Positions 39,253 to 49,637 of a DNA stretch of 64,000 nt are shown here, piece after piece. Within the stretch, counting starts at the first letter, position 1; each line of letters starts with the position of its first letter. The notes under the pieces were generated by a model. It was given only the letters and a program-made list of their open reading frames with translations. It was not told the DNA's origin and did no database searches. The position numbers were made by a program, and so were the translations under genes. Source of the stretch: an uncultured Acidobacteriota bacterium (GTDB taxonomy: Bacteria > Acidobacteriota > Thermoanaerobaculia > Multivoradales > JAHEKO01); the NCBI GenBank assembly GCA_963713825.1, contig CAVQNG010000005.1, positions 320,001 through 384,000 of the forward strand, given 5' to 3'.

Positions 39253-40302
39253 ATGAACAAGATTAGCCTTCAGCGGTCGCTCCCGGACGACAGACCGTTG
39301 GGAGTTGGAATTGTCATTCTGAACTGGAACGGCTGGTCAGACACTATCGACCTCCTGAACAGTCTCGAAGAGGTCGACTACCAACCGCTGTCTGTTGTGG
39401 TTATCGACAATGCTTCGTCAGACGAATCTGTGAAGCGAATTGAAGAGTGGATGAGGCAAAGCCAGTCTCCCTACCGTGTTCTTCAGACTCCCAGAGACCT
39501 TCAGGAAGGGGCCTTGGAAAACACTGCATCGAAAATGGGGAGTCTTGGACCGGGTTTCAATCTCGTCTGTTCGCACACGAACCTGGGTTTTTGTCGCGGT
39601 AATAACCTCGGCATGGAGTTGGCTTTTCAGAGCGGCACAGACATTGCCGTCGTTCTCAACAATGACACCCTCGTATCCAAGGGGTTTCTTGCACCGATGG
39701 TAGACGTGGTCGAGAACAATCCAGATGTAGGAGTTGTTGGGGGAGTAATCACCTACTGCTCGGATCCGAATATCATTTGGTACGCTGGTGGAAAATTCAA
39801 CAGATTCCTAACCGCTCACAGGCTCGGAAACGGAGAACCTCTGTCGTCTCTAAAGGCGACAGGCCCGTTCGATACTGAGTGGATCAGCGGTTGCATGACC
39901 CTGATCCCCGCTTGGGTCTACGAGAAGACCAAGGGTTTTTCAGAGGAGTACTTCATCTGGAGCGAGGAGTGGGACCACTCTCTTCGTGTATCTCAGGCAG
40001 GCTATCGGCTGGTGGTTGTACCGGCTGCGAGGATCTGCCACAAGATCGGAAAGTCACTTGGGGTCATGAAGCCACTCAACTACTACTACGGTATCCGGAA
40101 CGGACTCCTGTTTCAGCGCAAGTTCCTCCCGTACTATCTCTGGTATCCATATTTTGGCTACTACCTTGTGAACAGAGCGGTTCGCTATCTCCAACTTGCG
40201 CTTGTAGGCCGGGCAGACCTGGCGGTTGCTGGATTTGCGGCGATCCGCGATTTCATTCTCGGCAGGAGTGGGATGTGGCGGGCACAAAAGCGAGACTCCT
40301 AG
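39253..40302 (+). CDS. GT2 glycosyltransferase
   Basis: VILNWNG, IDNASSD, NLGFCRGNN, LNNDT and SGC motifs. Confidence 0.9.
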   Translation: MNKISLQRSLPDDRPLGVGIVILNWNGWSDTIDLLNSLEEVDYQPLSVVVIDNASSDESVKRIEEWMRQSQSPYRVLQTPRDLQEGALENTASKMGSLGPGFNLVCSHTNLGFCRGNNLGMELAFQSGTDIAVVLNNDTLVSKGFLAPMVDVVENNPDVGVVGGVITYCSDPNIIWYAGGKFNRFLTAHRLGNGEPLSSLKATGPFDTEWISGCMTLIPAWVYEKTKGFSEEYFIWSEEWDHSLRVSQAGYRLVVVPAARICHKIGKSLGVMKPLNYYYGIRNGLLFQRKFLPYYLWYPYFGYYLVNRAVRYLQLALVGRADLAVAGFAAIRDFILGRSGMWRAQKRDS

Positions 40303-40391
40303 GCTTTGGAAGAGATGCGTCTGCAACATATTGCTGAATCCAGAGGATCGAAAGAGCGATTGCAGGCGTCTCATCTGACGGGGGGTCCTCA

Positions 40392-41627
40392 TTGAGACGT
40401 GCCCCCTGGCTGCTATTGCCGTTTCTGTTTCTTCCTAATCTGGTGCCAGTACAAGGAACAGGCTTTGGAGATCTGGAGTTCTCGGATCTTCTGATTGGGC
40501 CGTATCTTGCACTGGTGCTGTGGCTGTTTGTGAAAAGACGCACCGGCCGACGCAGGAGTTCGAGCCCATTGGCAGGTGTACTGCCATTCGCTCTCTTCTT
40601 CTTAGCGTGGGCATTTCTCTCGACCATTACTGCTGGATTGAGGTATGGGTTCGAAGTGCTGCTTCCCGTGCAGTTCGGTCTTCTCAAACTCCTGAAGTTC
40701 TCGGTCTATGGTGTGGCCGCGTGGCTTACGGTTGGCCTAGTGAGCAATGGTCGTGATTTGACTAGATTTCTCTGGGCGATCGCAGTAGGCGCACTCGTGA
40801 TGGCAGCATCCATGAGTCTGTCAGCTCCAGGGTCGAGTGATTCTTCAATCGGCGGACTGTTCGAGTACAAGTCAGAGAACGCGGCGAGTGTGGGGCTAGC
40901 CATTCTGATCATGTTCCTTGGGGCGGCTTTCGCCGCTAACTGGGGATCCCGAAAGTGGCGGTCTGCAGCGCCGTGGGTGCTGGTTGCGGTGTTCCTGGGG
41001 TTCGCCTTCTCAGAAGGTCGCGGTGGCTGGCTGGCTGCTGCCATGGGATTGCTATGGGTCCTGTATCGCAAGGGAATGAAGCTTCGATCATGGGCAATTG
41101 TCGGGGTGGTGATAGTGGTCGGAGTTGTCGTGTATCAGAAGGTGCCAACGTTTCAAGAAGAAATGGACCGGACATTGAACCCGGCCCCCGAGTATCTTCA
41201 CCAGTATGAAGTAGGGATGATGGGAGTAGACGAAGGTGGGCGCTTTTCCTATTGGCGCCGCGAAGGAAGCAAGATACTCGATGCGCCGCTCCTTGGGCGT
41301 GGCTTCTTCAACAGGTTCCCAGGTTCCGGTCTCAATTGGACCGGAAGTCACAATTTCTGGCTTCAGATGTTTCTCGAAACCGGAGTCGTCGGCGGCCTCG
41401 TTGTGCTAACGATTTTTTGGCTCTTCTGGACACAGTCGGGCAAGTACTCGCTGCTACCCAGCGAGGCGGCGCTGGTCGCGGGATTTGTTGGAGGGATGGG
41501 AGGTGAGTACTTTTACGGCGGGATGCCCTTGTTTTCGCTAATCGTGGTCCTTGCCCCACTTGGACTCCTGACATCTGAAAGAGCCTCACGAGTAATGACT
41601 GCCCAGTGGCCGGGAGTAGGCGGCTAA
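40392..41627 (+). CDS. O-antigen polymerase/ligase-family membrane protein (probable Wzy)
   Basis: Multi-TM protein with SEGRGG, PLLGRG and SHNFWLQMFLETG motifs; sits among glycosyltransferases. Confidence 0.78.
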   Translation: MRRAPWLLLPFLFLPNLVPVQGTGFGDLEFSDLLIGPYLALVLWLFVKRRTGRRRSSSPLAGVLPFALFFLAWAFLSTITAGLRYGFEVLLPVQFGLLKLLKFSVYGVAAWLTVGLVSNGRDLTRFLWAIAVGALVMAASMSLSAPGSSDSSIGGLFEYKSENAASVGLAILIMFLGAAFAANWGSRKWRSAAPWVLVAVFLGFAFSEGRGGWLAAAMGLLWVLYRKGMKLRSWAIVGVVIVVGVVVYQKVPTFQEEMDRTLNPAPEYLHQYEVGMMGVDEGGRFSYWRREGSKILDAPLLGRGFFNRFPGSGLNWTGSHNFWLQMFLETGVVGGLVVLTIFWLFWTQSGKYSLLPSEAALVAGFVGGMGGEYFYGGMPLFSLIVVLAPLGLLTSERASRVMTAQWPGVGG

Positions 41628-41631
41628 GATC

Positions 41632-42534
41632 GTGTCCCCCAAGCCCCTTGTCTCTGTATTGATGCCTTCGCACAACTCGCGGGCCACGCTGCCGATGGCC
41701 CTGGCATCACTGGCCTCTCAGACCGTTCTGGATTGGGAGTGCATTCTTGTTGACGACGGATCGAGCGACGATTCCGGAATGCTAGTTCGGAGATTTGATG
41801 ATCAAAGGTTGAGACCTTTCCGGTTGCATGAGAACCAAGGTCGTCCGATAGCCAGGGAAATCGCCCTCGGCAAGGCAAGGGGTAAGTACTTGTGCATGTT
41901 GGATGCTGACGACTGGTACTACCCAAGAAAGCTAGAAGAGCAGTTGGAGGTTCTGGAATCAAATCCAGATCTGTCTCTCCTGGGAACTGGCATGGCCATC
42001 GTTGACTCGGGTATGGAGCTCTTGGCAATTCGAGCGGGAATGCATGACCAGAAAGGCGATTCTGAAGTTGGTCGGACATTTCTGCGGCTTGGACGCCCCC
42101 CAATATCGCATGCCACAGCGATGATCCGATGTTCTGAGATCACTCAGGCTCATTTCGATCCACAGTTCGAGGTGGCGGAGGATGTCGATTTTCTTCTTCA
42201 AGTCCTATGGGGGAGGCAATTCAGTGAGCTGCCAGAACCTCTTTACGCCTATGAGGAACCAGACGCGGCCAATGTGGATGAAATGAGACTCGCTCTTCGA
42301 AGTTTGCAGGGAGTCTTCTGGAAGCATAGAAATCTGGGTCCGTCGAGAGCCTTTCGTGAAATCGCTGTGGCCTGGTGCAAGAGCCTGATCTATTCGGTAG
42401 TGGTGCCACTTGGTCTCGGAGATCGAATTGTTCGCCGGCGATCGACTCGACCGAAAAGTAAGGAGAAGGAAGACTTCTACCGGGCGCGTGCCGAAGTTCG
42501 GCAGCTTGCGCAAGGGATGTTTGAGACAGGCTAG
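41632..42534 (+). CDS. GT2 glycosyltransferase
   Basis: VSVLMP, VDDGSSD, LDADD and AED motifs. Confidence 0.9.
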   Translation: MSPKPLVSVLMPSHNSRATLPMALASLASQTVLDWECILVDDGSSDDSGMLVRRFDDQRLRPFRLHENQGRPIAREIALGKARGKYLCMLDADDWYYPRKLEEQLEVLESNPDLSLLGTGMAIVDSGMELLAIRAGMHDQKGDSEVGRTFLRLGRPPISHATAMIRCSEITQAHFDPQFEVAEDVDFLLQVLWGRQFSELPEPLYAYEEPDAANVDEMRLALRSLQGVFWKHRNLGPSRAFREIAVAWCKSLIYSVVVPLGLGDRIVRRRSTRPKSKEKEDFYRARAEVRQLAQGMFETG

Positions 42535-42591
42535 ACACGAGGTGGAGCCGGACCACCAGGCTTGGGAAAATCGTGACTTCTCGACACCGGA

Positions 42592-43779
42592 TCAGCGTCC
42601 AGGAAGTTTTTTGGCCAATCGCAGGTACTCTTCAACTACGGCGTTGTTCACTTTTCGGGAGTCAAACTTGGCGATGGCCCGCTCCTGAGCTCGAGCACCC
42701 AGGCGGAGTCGTAGCTCTGGTTGGTCGATGAGCCTTTGAAGTGCTGCAGCTAGCGCACCGGTTGTTCTGGGGGGCACCAAGAGGCCGGTTACATCGTTCA
42801 CCACAGCGTCGGAAAGGCCGGTGATTTCAGTCGCGACAGTCGGCAATCCCATGGCAGCAGCTTCTATCACGGCGGTCCCAAACCCCTCTCTGTAGCTGGG
42901 TAGACAGAGAATGTCAGATGCGCCCAGATATCGCTCGGGACTAGGTGAGAACCCGGTGCAGTGTATGCGGATGTGGCCTTCGATAGTCGACAGTGTGCTT
43001 GGTGGCAGGGGATCCAAGGCAGGCTCCAGTGGCCCTACAAGGAGCAAGTGCAAGAGACGATGGCCCTCCGCTAGTCCCTGAAACGCTTCCACGAGTTCAA
43101 CCAGTCCCTTGTCGCGGGTCAGACGGCCGACGAAGACAATTAGGAGCGCTTCCTGAGAGATGCCGAGTTCTTCTCGGACTTGCCTTCGAGAGTCCTCTCT
43201 ACTGCCGGAAGAGCCGAAGCGCTGCAGATTGACCCCGCTGATTGACCCCTGTGCCAAAACAGAAATCTTCCTGGGCTTCACAACGCCGTCATTTATAAGG
43301 AAGTCTCTTTGAGATGAACTGTCGGCATAGGTTTGTGTCGATAGAGACCCAATGAGACGATCGCAGCCCTTCAGCCCTAGCCTGGCTACTCCCGATAGAG
43401 TTTGCCAGCGTTGCCCTGTGAAAGTGTGGAGGCGGATTGGGATCCTGGAAAACACTCCGGCCAATGCAGAGAGCAGACCCGCTTTGGGTGTTGATGAATG
43501 AACAATGTCGAAGTGTCCGTCTCTCAAGACTCGCGTCAGCCTGGCAAGTGACCTGATGTCTTTGACTGGAGCAGGTTCTCGATTCATGGGGACCGAGCAG
43601 AACGGCACGTTTAGTTCTGACGCCACGCGAGATAGCCCCTTCCCATCGCCTGACACAAGAGTGACTTCAATCCCACTGTCTCGAATCGCGGCTACTTGGT
43701 CTAGAAGCAACGCCCTGAATGTGAAAGGCGAGCTGGCTACTCTTGCCAGGCGCAAAGGTCTGATCGCGTTTTGGTTCAT
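42592..43779 (-). CDS. GT4 glycosyltransferase (CapM/PglA-like)
   Basis: HSSTPKAG, FVGRLTRDKG and PSYREGFGTAVIEA motifs. Confidence 0.9.
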   Translation of the reverse strand: MNQNAIRPLRLARVASSPFTFRALLLDQVAAIRDSGIEVTLVSGDGKGLSRVASELNVPFCSVPMNREPAPVKDIRSLARLTRVLRDGHFDIVHSSTPKAGLLSALAGVFSRIPIRLHTFTGQRWQTLSGVARLGLKGCDRLIGSLSTQTYADSSSQRDFLINDGVVKPRKISVLAQGSISGVNLQRFGSSGSREDSRRQVREELGISQEALLIVFVGRLTRDKGLVELVEAFQGLAEGHRLLHLLLVGPLEPALDPLPPSTLSTIEGHIRIHCTGFSPSPERYLGASDILCLPSYREGFGTAVIEAAAMGLPTVATEITGLSDAVVNDVTGLLVPPRTTGALAAALQRLIDQPELRLRLGARAQERAIAKFDSRKVNNAVVEEYLRLAKKLPGR

Positions 43780-44037
43780 CGTAGAAGGCTGGGATCAGAC
43801 TTGCTTTCGGTCACATTTGCTACCAGCTGGTTGGAGTCTTGTCGAGGTGAGGTAGTAGAGTCGTGTTTCGAACGTTCTAGTGAGAGTATCAACTGCCGAC
43901 TCGAGTCAGATTGATTGACAATTGAGTCTCGATCGTACTCTAGCCTGGATCGGTCTTCTTCTCGATCCGTTACTCTCTTGAAGGGGTTTCGTGCCACTAG
44001 ATCAGCATCGGGAGTGTGATATCGGGAGCTCAGTGAC

Positions 44038-44664
44038 GTGAATTCCAGAGGTTTGTACGTGAGACTGGGAAAGAGGGCTTTGGACTTGAGTCTGACGTTG
44101 TTGGCGGCCCCTATTTGGATTCCTCTAGTAGTCATTCTGAGTGTCCTGATTCGGCTGACTCTCGGTTCACCGGTCTTCTTCCGGCAAATGCGGCCAGGTT
44201 TCCGGGGCGGCAAGTTCGAGATTCTCAAATTGCGGACAATGAAGGAGAGTCCTGACGTAGACGGAGAAATGATCGCGGATCAGAATCGAATGACTCGGTT
44301 TGGGAGATTGTTGCGAGGCACCTCTCTTGACGAGCTTCCTGAGCTGATCAATGTCCTGAAAGGTGAGATGAGCCTGGTAGGGCCAAGGCCTTTGCTGATG
44401 CAGTATCTAGACCGCTATACCACACGGCAGGCGCGGCGCCATGAGGTCCTCGCGGGAATCACGGGTTGGGCGCAAGTCAATGGTCGTAACGCGATAACTT
44501 GGGAAGAGAAGTTCGAGTTCGACATTTGGTACGTTGACAATATGAGCCTCTGGCTGGATCTGAAGATTCTCGGGATGACGGTCTGGAAGGTTCTGAAGGG
44601 AGAAGGGTTGAGCGCGGCGGGACACGCCACGATGCCAGAGTTCATGGGGACCCCTGATGAGTGA
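44038..44664 (+). CDS. Initiating phosphoglycosyl transferase (PglC/EpsL-like)
   Basis: KRALDL, SLDELPEL, MSLVGPRP and GITGWAQVNGRN motifs. Confidence 0.92.
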   Translation: MNSRGLYVRLGKRALDLSLTLLAAPIWIPLVVILSVLIRLTLGSPVFFRQMRPGFRGGKFEILKLRTMKESPDVDGEMIADQNRMTRFGRLLRGTSLDELPELINVLKGEMSLVGPRPLLMQYLDRYTTRQARRHEVLAGITGWAQVNGRNAITWEEKFEFDIWYVDNMSLWLDLKILGMTVWKVLKGEGLSAAGHATMPEFMGTPDE

Positions 44665-45280
44665 GTCGGTAGTAGTTATCGGAGCGGGTGGGCATGCGAA
44701 GGTTGTCCTGGCAACCCTGGAGGCACTGGGGACTGAGGTGACCGGGATCTTCGACGACAGCGCGGATCTTTGGGGAACGCAGCTTCTGGGCCACGAAGTC
44801 AAAGGCCCGGTCCAAGAGGCGCAGAGCTACGGGGCGCCGGGCATTCTGGCCATTGGCTCGAACCGCCAGCGGCAGAAACTTGCGGAGGAGCTGTCGCTCG
44901 AGTGGGTGTCAGCCATCCACCCCTCCGCTTTGGTCCACGAAACTGTGGAGGTTGGGCCTGGCTCCGTCATCTTCGCTGGAGCGATAGTCCAGCCCGAGAC
45001 GGTCATTGGTGATCACGTCATCGTCAATACGGGCGCGAGGATCGACCACGACTGCCGGATCGGCTCGTTCGCGCATATTGCTCCAGGAGCGTCCTTGGCT
45101 GGGACGGTGGCGATCGGCCAGGGAGCCCTAATGGGTATTGGGAGTTGCGCGATTCCCGGAGTGACAATCGGCGATTGGTCTGTCGTAGGGGCAGGCGCTG
45201 CCGCTGTAAGTGACCTCGATTCGCAGGTCACTGCCACCGGAGTACCCGCGAAGTCGGCTGCGGGAGACCTCTCTTCATGA
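44657..45280 (+). CDS. Sugar N-acetyltransferase (PglD/NeuD/EpsM-like)
   Basis: GAGGHAKV, hexapeptide repeats, IDHDC and GVPA motifs. Confidence 0.9.
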   Translation: MSESVVVIGAGGHAKVVLATLEALGTEVTGIFDDSADLWGTQLLGHEVKGPVQEAQSYGAPGILAIGSNRQRQKLAEELSLEWVSAIHPSALVHETVEVGPGSVIFAGAIVQPETVIGDHVIVNTGARIDHDCRIGSFAHIAPGASLAGTVAIGQGALMGIGSCAIPGVTIGDWSVVGAGAAAVSDLDSQVTATGVPAKSAAGDLSS

Positions 45281-46401
45281 GCCGGGTCTTTCTTTCACCA
45301 CCTCACTTGGGTGAGTCCGAGTTGGAACTCGTCAAGGGTGTTTTTGCGAGCAACTGGATTGCTCCAGTAGGTCCTGACGTGGAGGCCTTCGAGCGGGAGT
45401 TCGCGGAGACGGTAGGCGTGGGCAGTGCTGCGGCACTGTCCTCGGGAACGGCGGCGCTGCACCTCGCGCTGAAGCTCCTCGGTGTCGGGACAGGAGATCT
45501 GGTGATCTGCTCGAATCTGACCTTTGCCGCCACTGCCTTCGCAATTCACTACGTCGGGGCAGAGCCGGTATTCGTGGATTGCGACTCTTCGACTTGGAAC
45601 ATGGATCCCGGCCTTCTTGGCGAGGCTTTGGAGACCCTGGCTGGTGAGGGGACGCTTCCCAAGGCTGCGATCGTCGTGGACCTCTACGGTCAGAGTGCTG
45701 ATTGGGAGCCGATTCAGGAAGCCTGCGCCAGATTCGGTGTTCCGATTGTCGAAGATGCCGCGGAAGCTCTGGGCGCCACTTATGGAGACACTCCTCTGGG
45801 TCGTTTCGGCCAATTCGGTGTCTTCTCATTCAACGGCAACAAGATCATCACGACATCGGGTGGTGGGATGTTGGTGTCCGACGATAAGTCGGCCATCGTG
45901 AAGGCTCGCAAGTTGGCCAGCCAGGCGAGGGAGGATGCGCCACACTACGAGCACACGGAGATCGGCTACAACTACCGATTGTCCAATGTCCTGGCGGCCA
46001 TCGGGCGAGGCCAACTTCGAGTACTGGAAGACCGAGTGGCTGCGCGTCGGCGGATTTTCGACTGGTATCAGGAATTTCTTGGAGATCTGCCCGGGGTGCG
46101 ATTCATGCCCGAAGCAGAGTATGGGCGAAGCACTCGGTGGCTCACCTGCCTGACCGTCGATCCTCGCGACTTTGGGGCCGCCCGGGAGGAGATTCGCTTG
46201 GCTCTCGAGATCGACGACATCGAAGCTCGTCCCGTATGGAAGCCGATGCACATGCAACCGGTCTTTCAAGGAGCTCGAATCTTCGGCGGGTCTGTTGCGG
46301 AAGAGCTCTTTGAAAAAGGGCTTTGTCTACCGTCGGGGTCAGCGATGACGAAAAGCGAAGTTGAGCGTGTCTCGAAAATCGTCCGCGGTTGCAGTGTCTA
46401 A
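45277..46401 (+). CDS. DegT-family PLP aminotransferase (PglE/EpsN-like)
   Basis: FLSPPH, SSGTAALHLAL, EDAAEALG and SFNGNKIITTSGGG motifs. Confidence 0.92.
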   Translation: MSRVFLSPPHLGESELELVKGVFASNWIAPVGPDVEAFEREFAETVGVGSAAALSSGTAALHLALKLLGVGTGDLVICSNLTFAATAFAIHYVGAEPVFVDCDSSTWNMDPGLLGEALETLAGEGTLPKAAIVVDLYGQSADWEPIQEACARFGVPIVEDAAEALGATYGDTPLGRFGQFGVFSFNGNKIITTSGGGMLVSDDKSAIVKARKLASQAREDAPHYEHTEIGYNYRLSNVLAAIGRGQLRVLEDRVAARRRIFDWYQEFLGDLPGVRFMPEAEYGRSTRWLTCLTVDPRDFGAAREEIRLALEIDDIEARPVWKPMHMQPVFQGARIFGGSVAEELFEKGLCLPSGSAMTKSEVERVSKIVRGCSV

Positions 46402-46419
46402 CTGAGGGCCCGGCAATCG

Positions 46420-47631
46420 GTGCGGCAAGGACTCCGCTTCTCCCCACCTTCAATTGATGTACCCGCGGAAGTCGATTGGCTTCTTCTACGGGCTCTTGGG
46501 CGTGAGTTCACTGCCTGGGATGAAACGGGGACTCTCGATCCCAAGGGACTTTCCGAACTTGCGGGGGCAGTCGGACTACTTGGCCGAGTACGAGCTCGTT
46601 GGCCTCGTGAGAAGCTGGTTCCCGAGCTGGGTGCCGGCTTGTTGGAAGAGGCAGACAGGGCTATTCACCGGATTGCGGCGAACGAGCTGCTTCAAGAAAG
46701 GGTGTCCTCACAGATTGCCGGCATGGCCAGCGAAGAGGGAGAACCCTCCATCTTCCTGAAAGGCCTGGCGCTCCGATTGGGAGGCCATTCGATTGCGGGA
46801 GCTCGCCAAGCAAGTGACATCGATGTGTTGGTACCGCGTGACGCTGCCGAGTCTCTGTCTCGGACTCTCATCCAGGAGGGGAGCACCAAGCTCGAAATCC
46901 AGCCGCAAGAGCATCACCTTCCGCCGTTGGACCATCCGCTGGGAGCGGTAGTGGAGATTCATGTGGACCTTCGAGGGGTCAATCTGGAGGGGAGAGGAGC
47001 AGCCACAGCCGAAGAGTGCATCAGCTCAGGCCAATGCCGAGCTCTCGAAGGGTGGCCCGAGGGGACCTACATTCCGGATTCGAGCCTTTTGATGGCCCAC
47101 CTACTTGTACATGGCCTCGGACAACACGGTTTCTCACCGGGGGCATACCCATTGATACAACTCTTGGCTGACCTGCAGGATTTGGGCTTCACCGGCGAGC
47201 AGGGTGAGCGATTCATGGAGGAAGGTCTCCTCTGGATCCAGAATGAAGTCTCTCAAGAGGAAGTGGCAGGGACCAGAGATCTGTTGCGCCAGCTGGAAGA
47301 GGGCGAGAGGGCTTCCGAGATCGTGGTTAGGGACGTTGCCGCCGCCTTGATTCTCAAGCACATGTTGGCTGGATCGATGGATGCCGAGTATCGACAGTCT
47401 CTGAAGCTCTCTGCTGTTACCCGACCTTCGATCGCGCGTCCGGGTCTGACGGGTCTTCTTCGCAACATGAGTAGTGCGATCTTCTTGACGAGAGGTCAGA
47501 TCGACGTGATCTACGGACAGCCACAGACCGAGGTTGGCTATCTCGCTAGAAGGCTGTGGCGCCCCTTCGATCTCGTGGGCCGAACCCTCAAGACCTTGCA
47601 GGCCAAGAAGAAGCTTCGATTCCGCGAATAG
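46420..47631 (+). CDS. Nucleotidyltransferase family protein (NTP_transf_5-like)
   Basis: FLKGLAL...R..SDIDVLV...VEIH..L...HLLVH pattern. Confidence 0.8.
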   Translation: MRQGLRFSPPSIDVPAEVDWLLLRALGREFTAWDETGTLDPKGLSELAGAVGLLGRVRARWPREKLVPELGAGLLEEADRAIHRIAANELLQERVSSQIAGMASEEGEPSIFLKGLALRLGGHSIAGARQASDIDVLVPRDAAESLSRTLIQEGSTKLEIQPQEHHLPPLDHPLGAVVEIHVDLRGVNLEGRGAATAEECISSGQCRALEGWPEGTYIPDSSLLMAHLLVHGLGQHGFSPGAYPLIQLLADLQDLGFTGEQGERFMEEGLLWIQNEVSQEEVAGTRDLLRQLEEGERASEIVVRDVAAALILKHMLAGSMDAEYRQSLKLSAVTRPSIARPGLTGLLRNMSSAIFLTRGQIDVIYGQPQTEVGYLARRLWRPFDLVGRTLKTLQAKKKLRFRE

Positions 47632-47679
47632 GTGGGGGAGATCGACCCTCTGCTGTAGTAGGGTTCCAGGGACCGTGCC

Positions 47680-49614
47680 ATGAACGAATCGAACGGTGAG
47701 ACGCCCCGATCGCAGCCATCCTCGCCCTTGATCGGTGAGGAGCAGGGGCGTCGGAATCAGTTTTGGTCGCGTTTCTTCTCTCGCCAGGCCCAGTTCGTCC
47801 TCGACATCTCTGTCCTTTGCATAGCCTTCGTCATCGCCTATCTGCTGCGGTTCGAGTTTCAGCTCGACACTTCCCAACTGCAGCGACTGCTGGCCCAGCT
47901 GCCGCTGGTGGTGCTAATTCAGATTGGTGCACTGGTTCTGGCCGGTGTCTACAGCTTCATCTGGCGCTACGTTGGATTGGCCGAGATGGCTTCGTTCGTG
48001 AGAGCGGCCCTCTGGTCGGGATTGATTCTCTTGGTCGGGCGGTTGGCCTTGCCATCGTCTCTCCAGATCTGGCGAGTACCTCTTTCCATCATCCTGATGA
48101 GCACGTTCTTCGGATTTGCCGGAGTCGTGACGATTCGGGTGCTCCGTCGGATCCTCTTCGAGCGCTTCGAGCAGAAACGTCGACCGGTGGAGCCGTACAA
48201 GCGCAAACAGATCTTGATGGTCGGTGCTGGCAGAGCAGGTGTTCTGGCAGCCCGCGAGATTCGCGGCCGGGGCGATATGGATGTGTGGATCAAGGGTTTC
48301 GTCGACGATGATCCACGTAAGCAGGGGGCTGTCATCCAAGGCAAGAAGGTCCTTGGGACGACGGACGATCTCCCTGAAATATGCCGATCCACGGACATCG
48401 ACCACGTCATCATCACGATTGCCCAGATCTCCAGAGAGGAGCTACGGAGGATCGTGGCGATCTGTGAGGAGATTCCCCTCAGGACTCGCATCATCCCGGG
48501 GCTCTACGAGATTCTCGAAGGGCGAGTCGGGATCACGAGATTTCGGGACATCGAGATCGAAGATCTCCTGGGCCGGGCAACCGTGCAACTGGAGCAGGAA
48601 GCGGTAGAACCGTTCATCAAGAACAAGACGGTGCTGGTGACCGGGGCGGGAGGCTCGATCGGAGCCGAGCTGTCGAAGCAGATCGCCCGGTTCGGACCCG
48701 CCAACCTCATTCTCCTGGAGCGAGCGGAGTTCGCTCTGTTTCAGATCGATCGGGAGCTCTCCATTGATTGGCCCCAGCTGAGCATTCAGCCCGTGGTGGC
48801 AGACATCTGTGACCGCAATCGGGTACGACAGATCTTCGACCGTTGGAAGCCTGAAGTGGTCTTCCATGCTGCCGCTCACAAACATGTTCCACTGACCGAA
48901 TCCAATCCTTGCGAGGCGGTGAAATCCAACACCCTGGGGACATGGATCGTGGGCGAGGTCGCGGGAGAGTTCGGCTGCGAGGCAATGGTTGTGGTGTCCA
49001 CGGACAAAGCCGTCCGTCCGACGTCGGTAATGGGAGCGACGAAGAGAGTCGCAGAGCTTGCGGTGCAAGAGCTCGACGCGCGCAATGGCACTCGTTATGT
49101 GGCTGTGCGCTTCGGCAATGTGCTGGGTTCTACGGGGTCGGTCATTCCGATCTTTCGCGAGCAGATCGAGGCGGGTGGGCCGGTGACCGTGACGCATCCC
49201 GAGATGGTGCGCTACTTCATGACCATCCCGGAGGCGGCTCAGCTGGTGTTGCAGGCTGGCGCGATGGGTGAGGGAGGCGAGATCTTCATCCTCGATATGG
49301 GAGAGCCCGTGCGAATCCTCGACCTGGCCCGGGACATGATCACGCTCAATGGCCTGGTGCCGGACGAGGACATCGAGATCGAGATCACGGGAATGCGGCC
49401 GGGTGAGAAGCTCTTCGAGGAGCTTCAGACCGACGCCGAGTCGATCGCCAAGACGCGGCATCCGAAGATCTTCATCGGGAACATCAACTCCTATCCTTCG
49501 GAGCAGATCCTTGGAGCGCTGGACCGGCTGCGTGACTTGTCTGCGGGCGGCGAAGAGGCTGAAGTTCGATCGTTCCTGAACGAGTTTCTGTCCGAGGCGA
49601 AGCTCACCATCTAG
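47680..49614 (+). CDS. Membrane-bound UDP-GlcNAc 4,6-dehydratase (PglF/CapD/EpsC-like)
   Basis: Four N-terminal TMs; EDLLGR, TGAGGSIG, HAAAHKHVP, STDKAV, MGATK and RFGNVLGS motifs. Confidence 0.93.
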   Translation: MNESNGETPRSQPSSPLIGEEQGRRNQFWSRFFSRQAQFVLDISVLCIAFVIAYLLRFEFQLDTSQLQRLLAQLPLVVLIQIGALVLAGVYSFIWRYVGLAEMASFVRAALWSGLILLVGRLALPSSLQIWRVPLSIILMSTFFGFAGVVTIRVLRRILFERFEQKRRPVEPYKRKQILMVGAGRAGVLAAREIRGRGDMDVWIKGFVDDDPRKQGAVIQGKKVLGTTDDLPEICRSTDIDHVIITIAQISREELRRIVAICEEIPLRTRIIPGLYEILEGRVGITRFRDIEIEDLLGRATVQLEQEAVEPFIKNKTVLVTGAGGSIGAELSKQIARFGPANLILLERAEFALFQIDRELSIDWPQLSIQPVVADICDRNRVRQIFDRWKPEVVFHAAAHKHVPLTESNPCEAVKSNTLGTWIVGEVAGEFGCEAMVVVSTDKAVRPTSVMGATKRVAELAVQELDARNGTRYVAVRFGNVLGSTGSVIPIFREQIEAGGPVTVTHPEMVRYFMTIPEAAQLVLQAGAMGEGGEIFILDMGEPVRILDLARDMITLNGLVPDEDIEIEITGMRPGEKLFEELQTDAESIAKTRHPKIFIGNINSYPSEQILGALDRLRDLSAGGEEAEVRSFLNEFLSEAKLTI

Positions 49615-49637
49615 TTCGCAAGGTCGAGTCCCCCAAC

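Noticed and set aside
43915-43946. TTGACA upstream of the PglC-like gene
   Set aside because: No good -10 box at 16-18 nt spacing.
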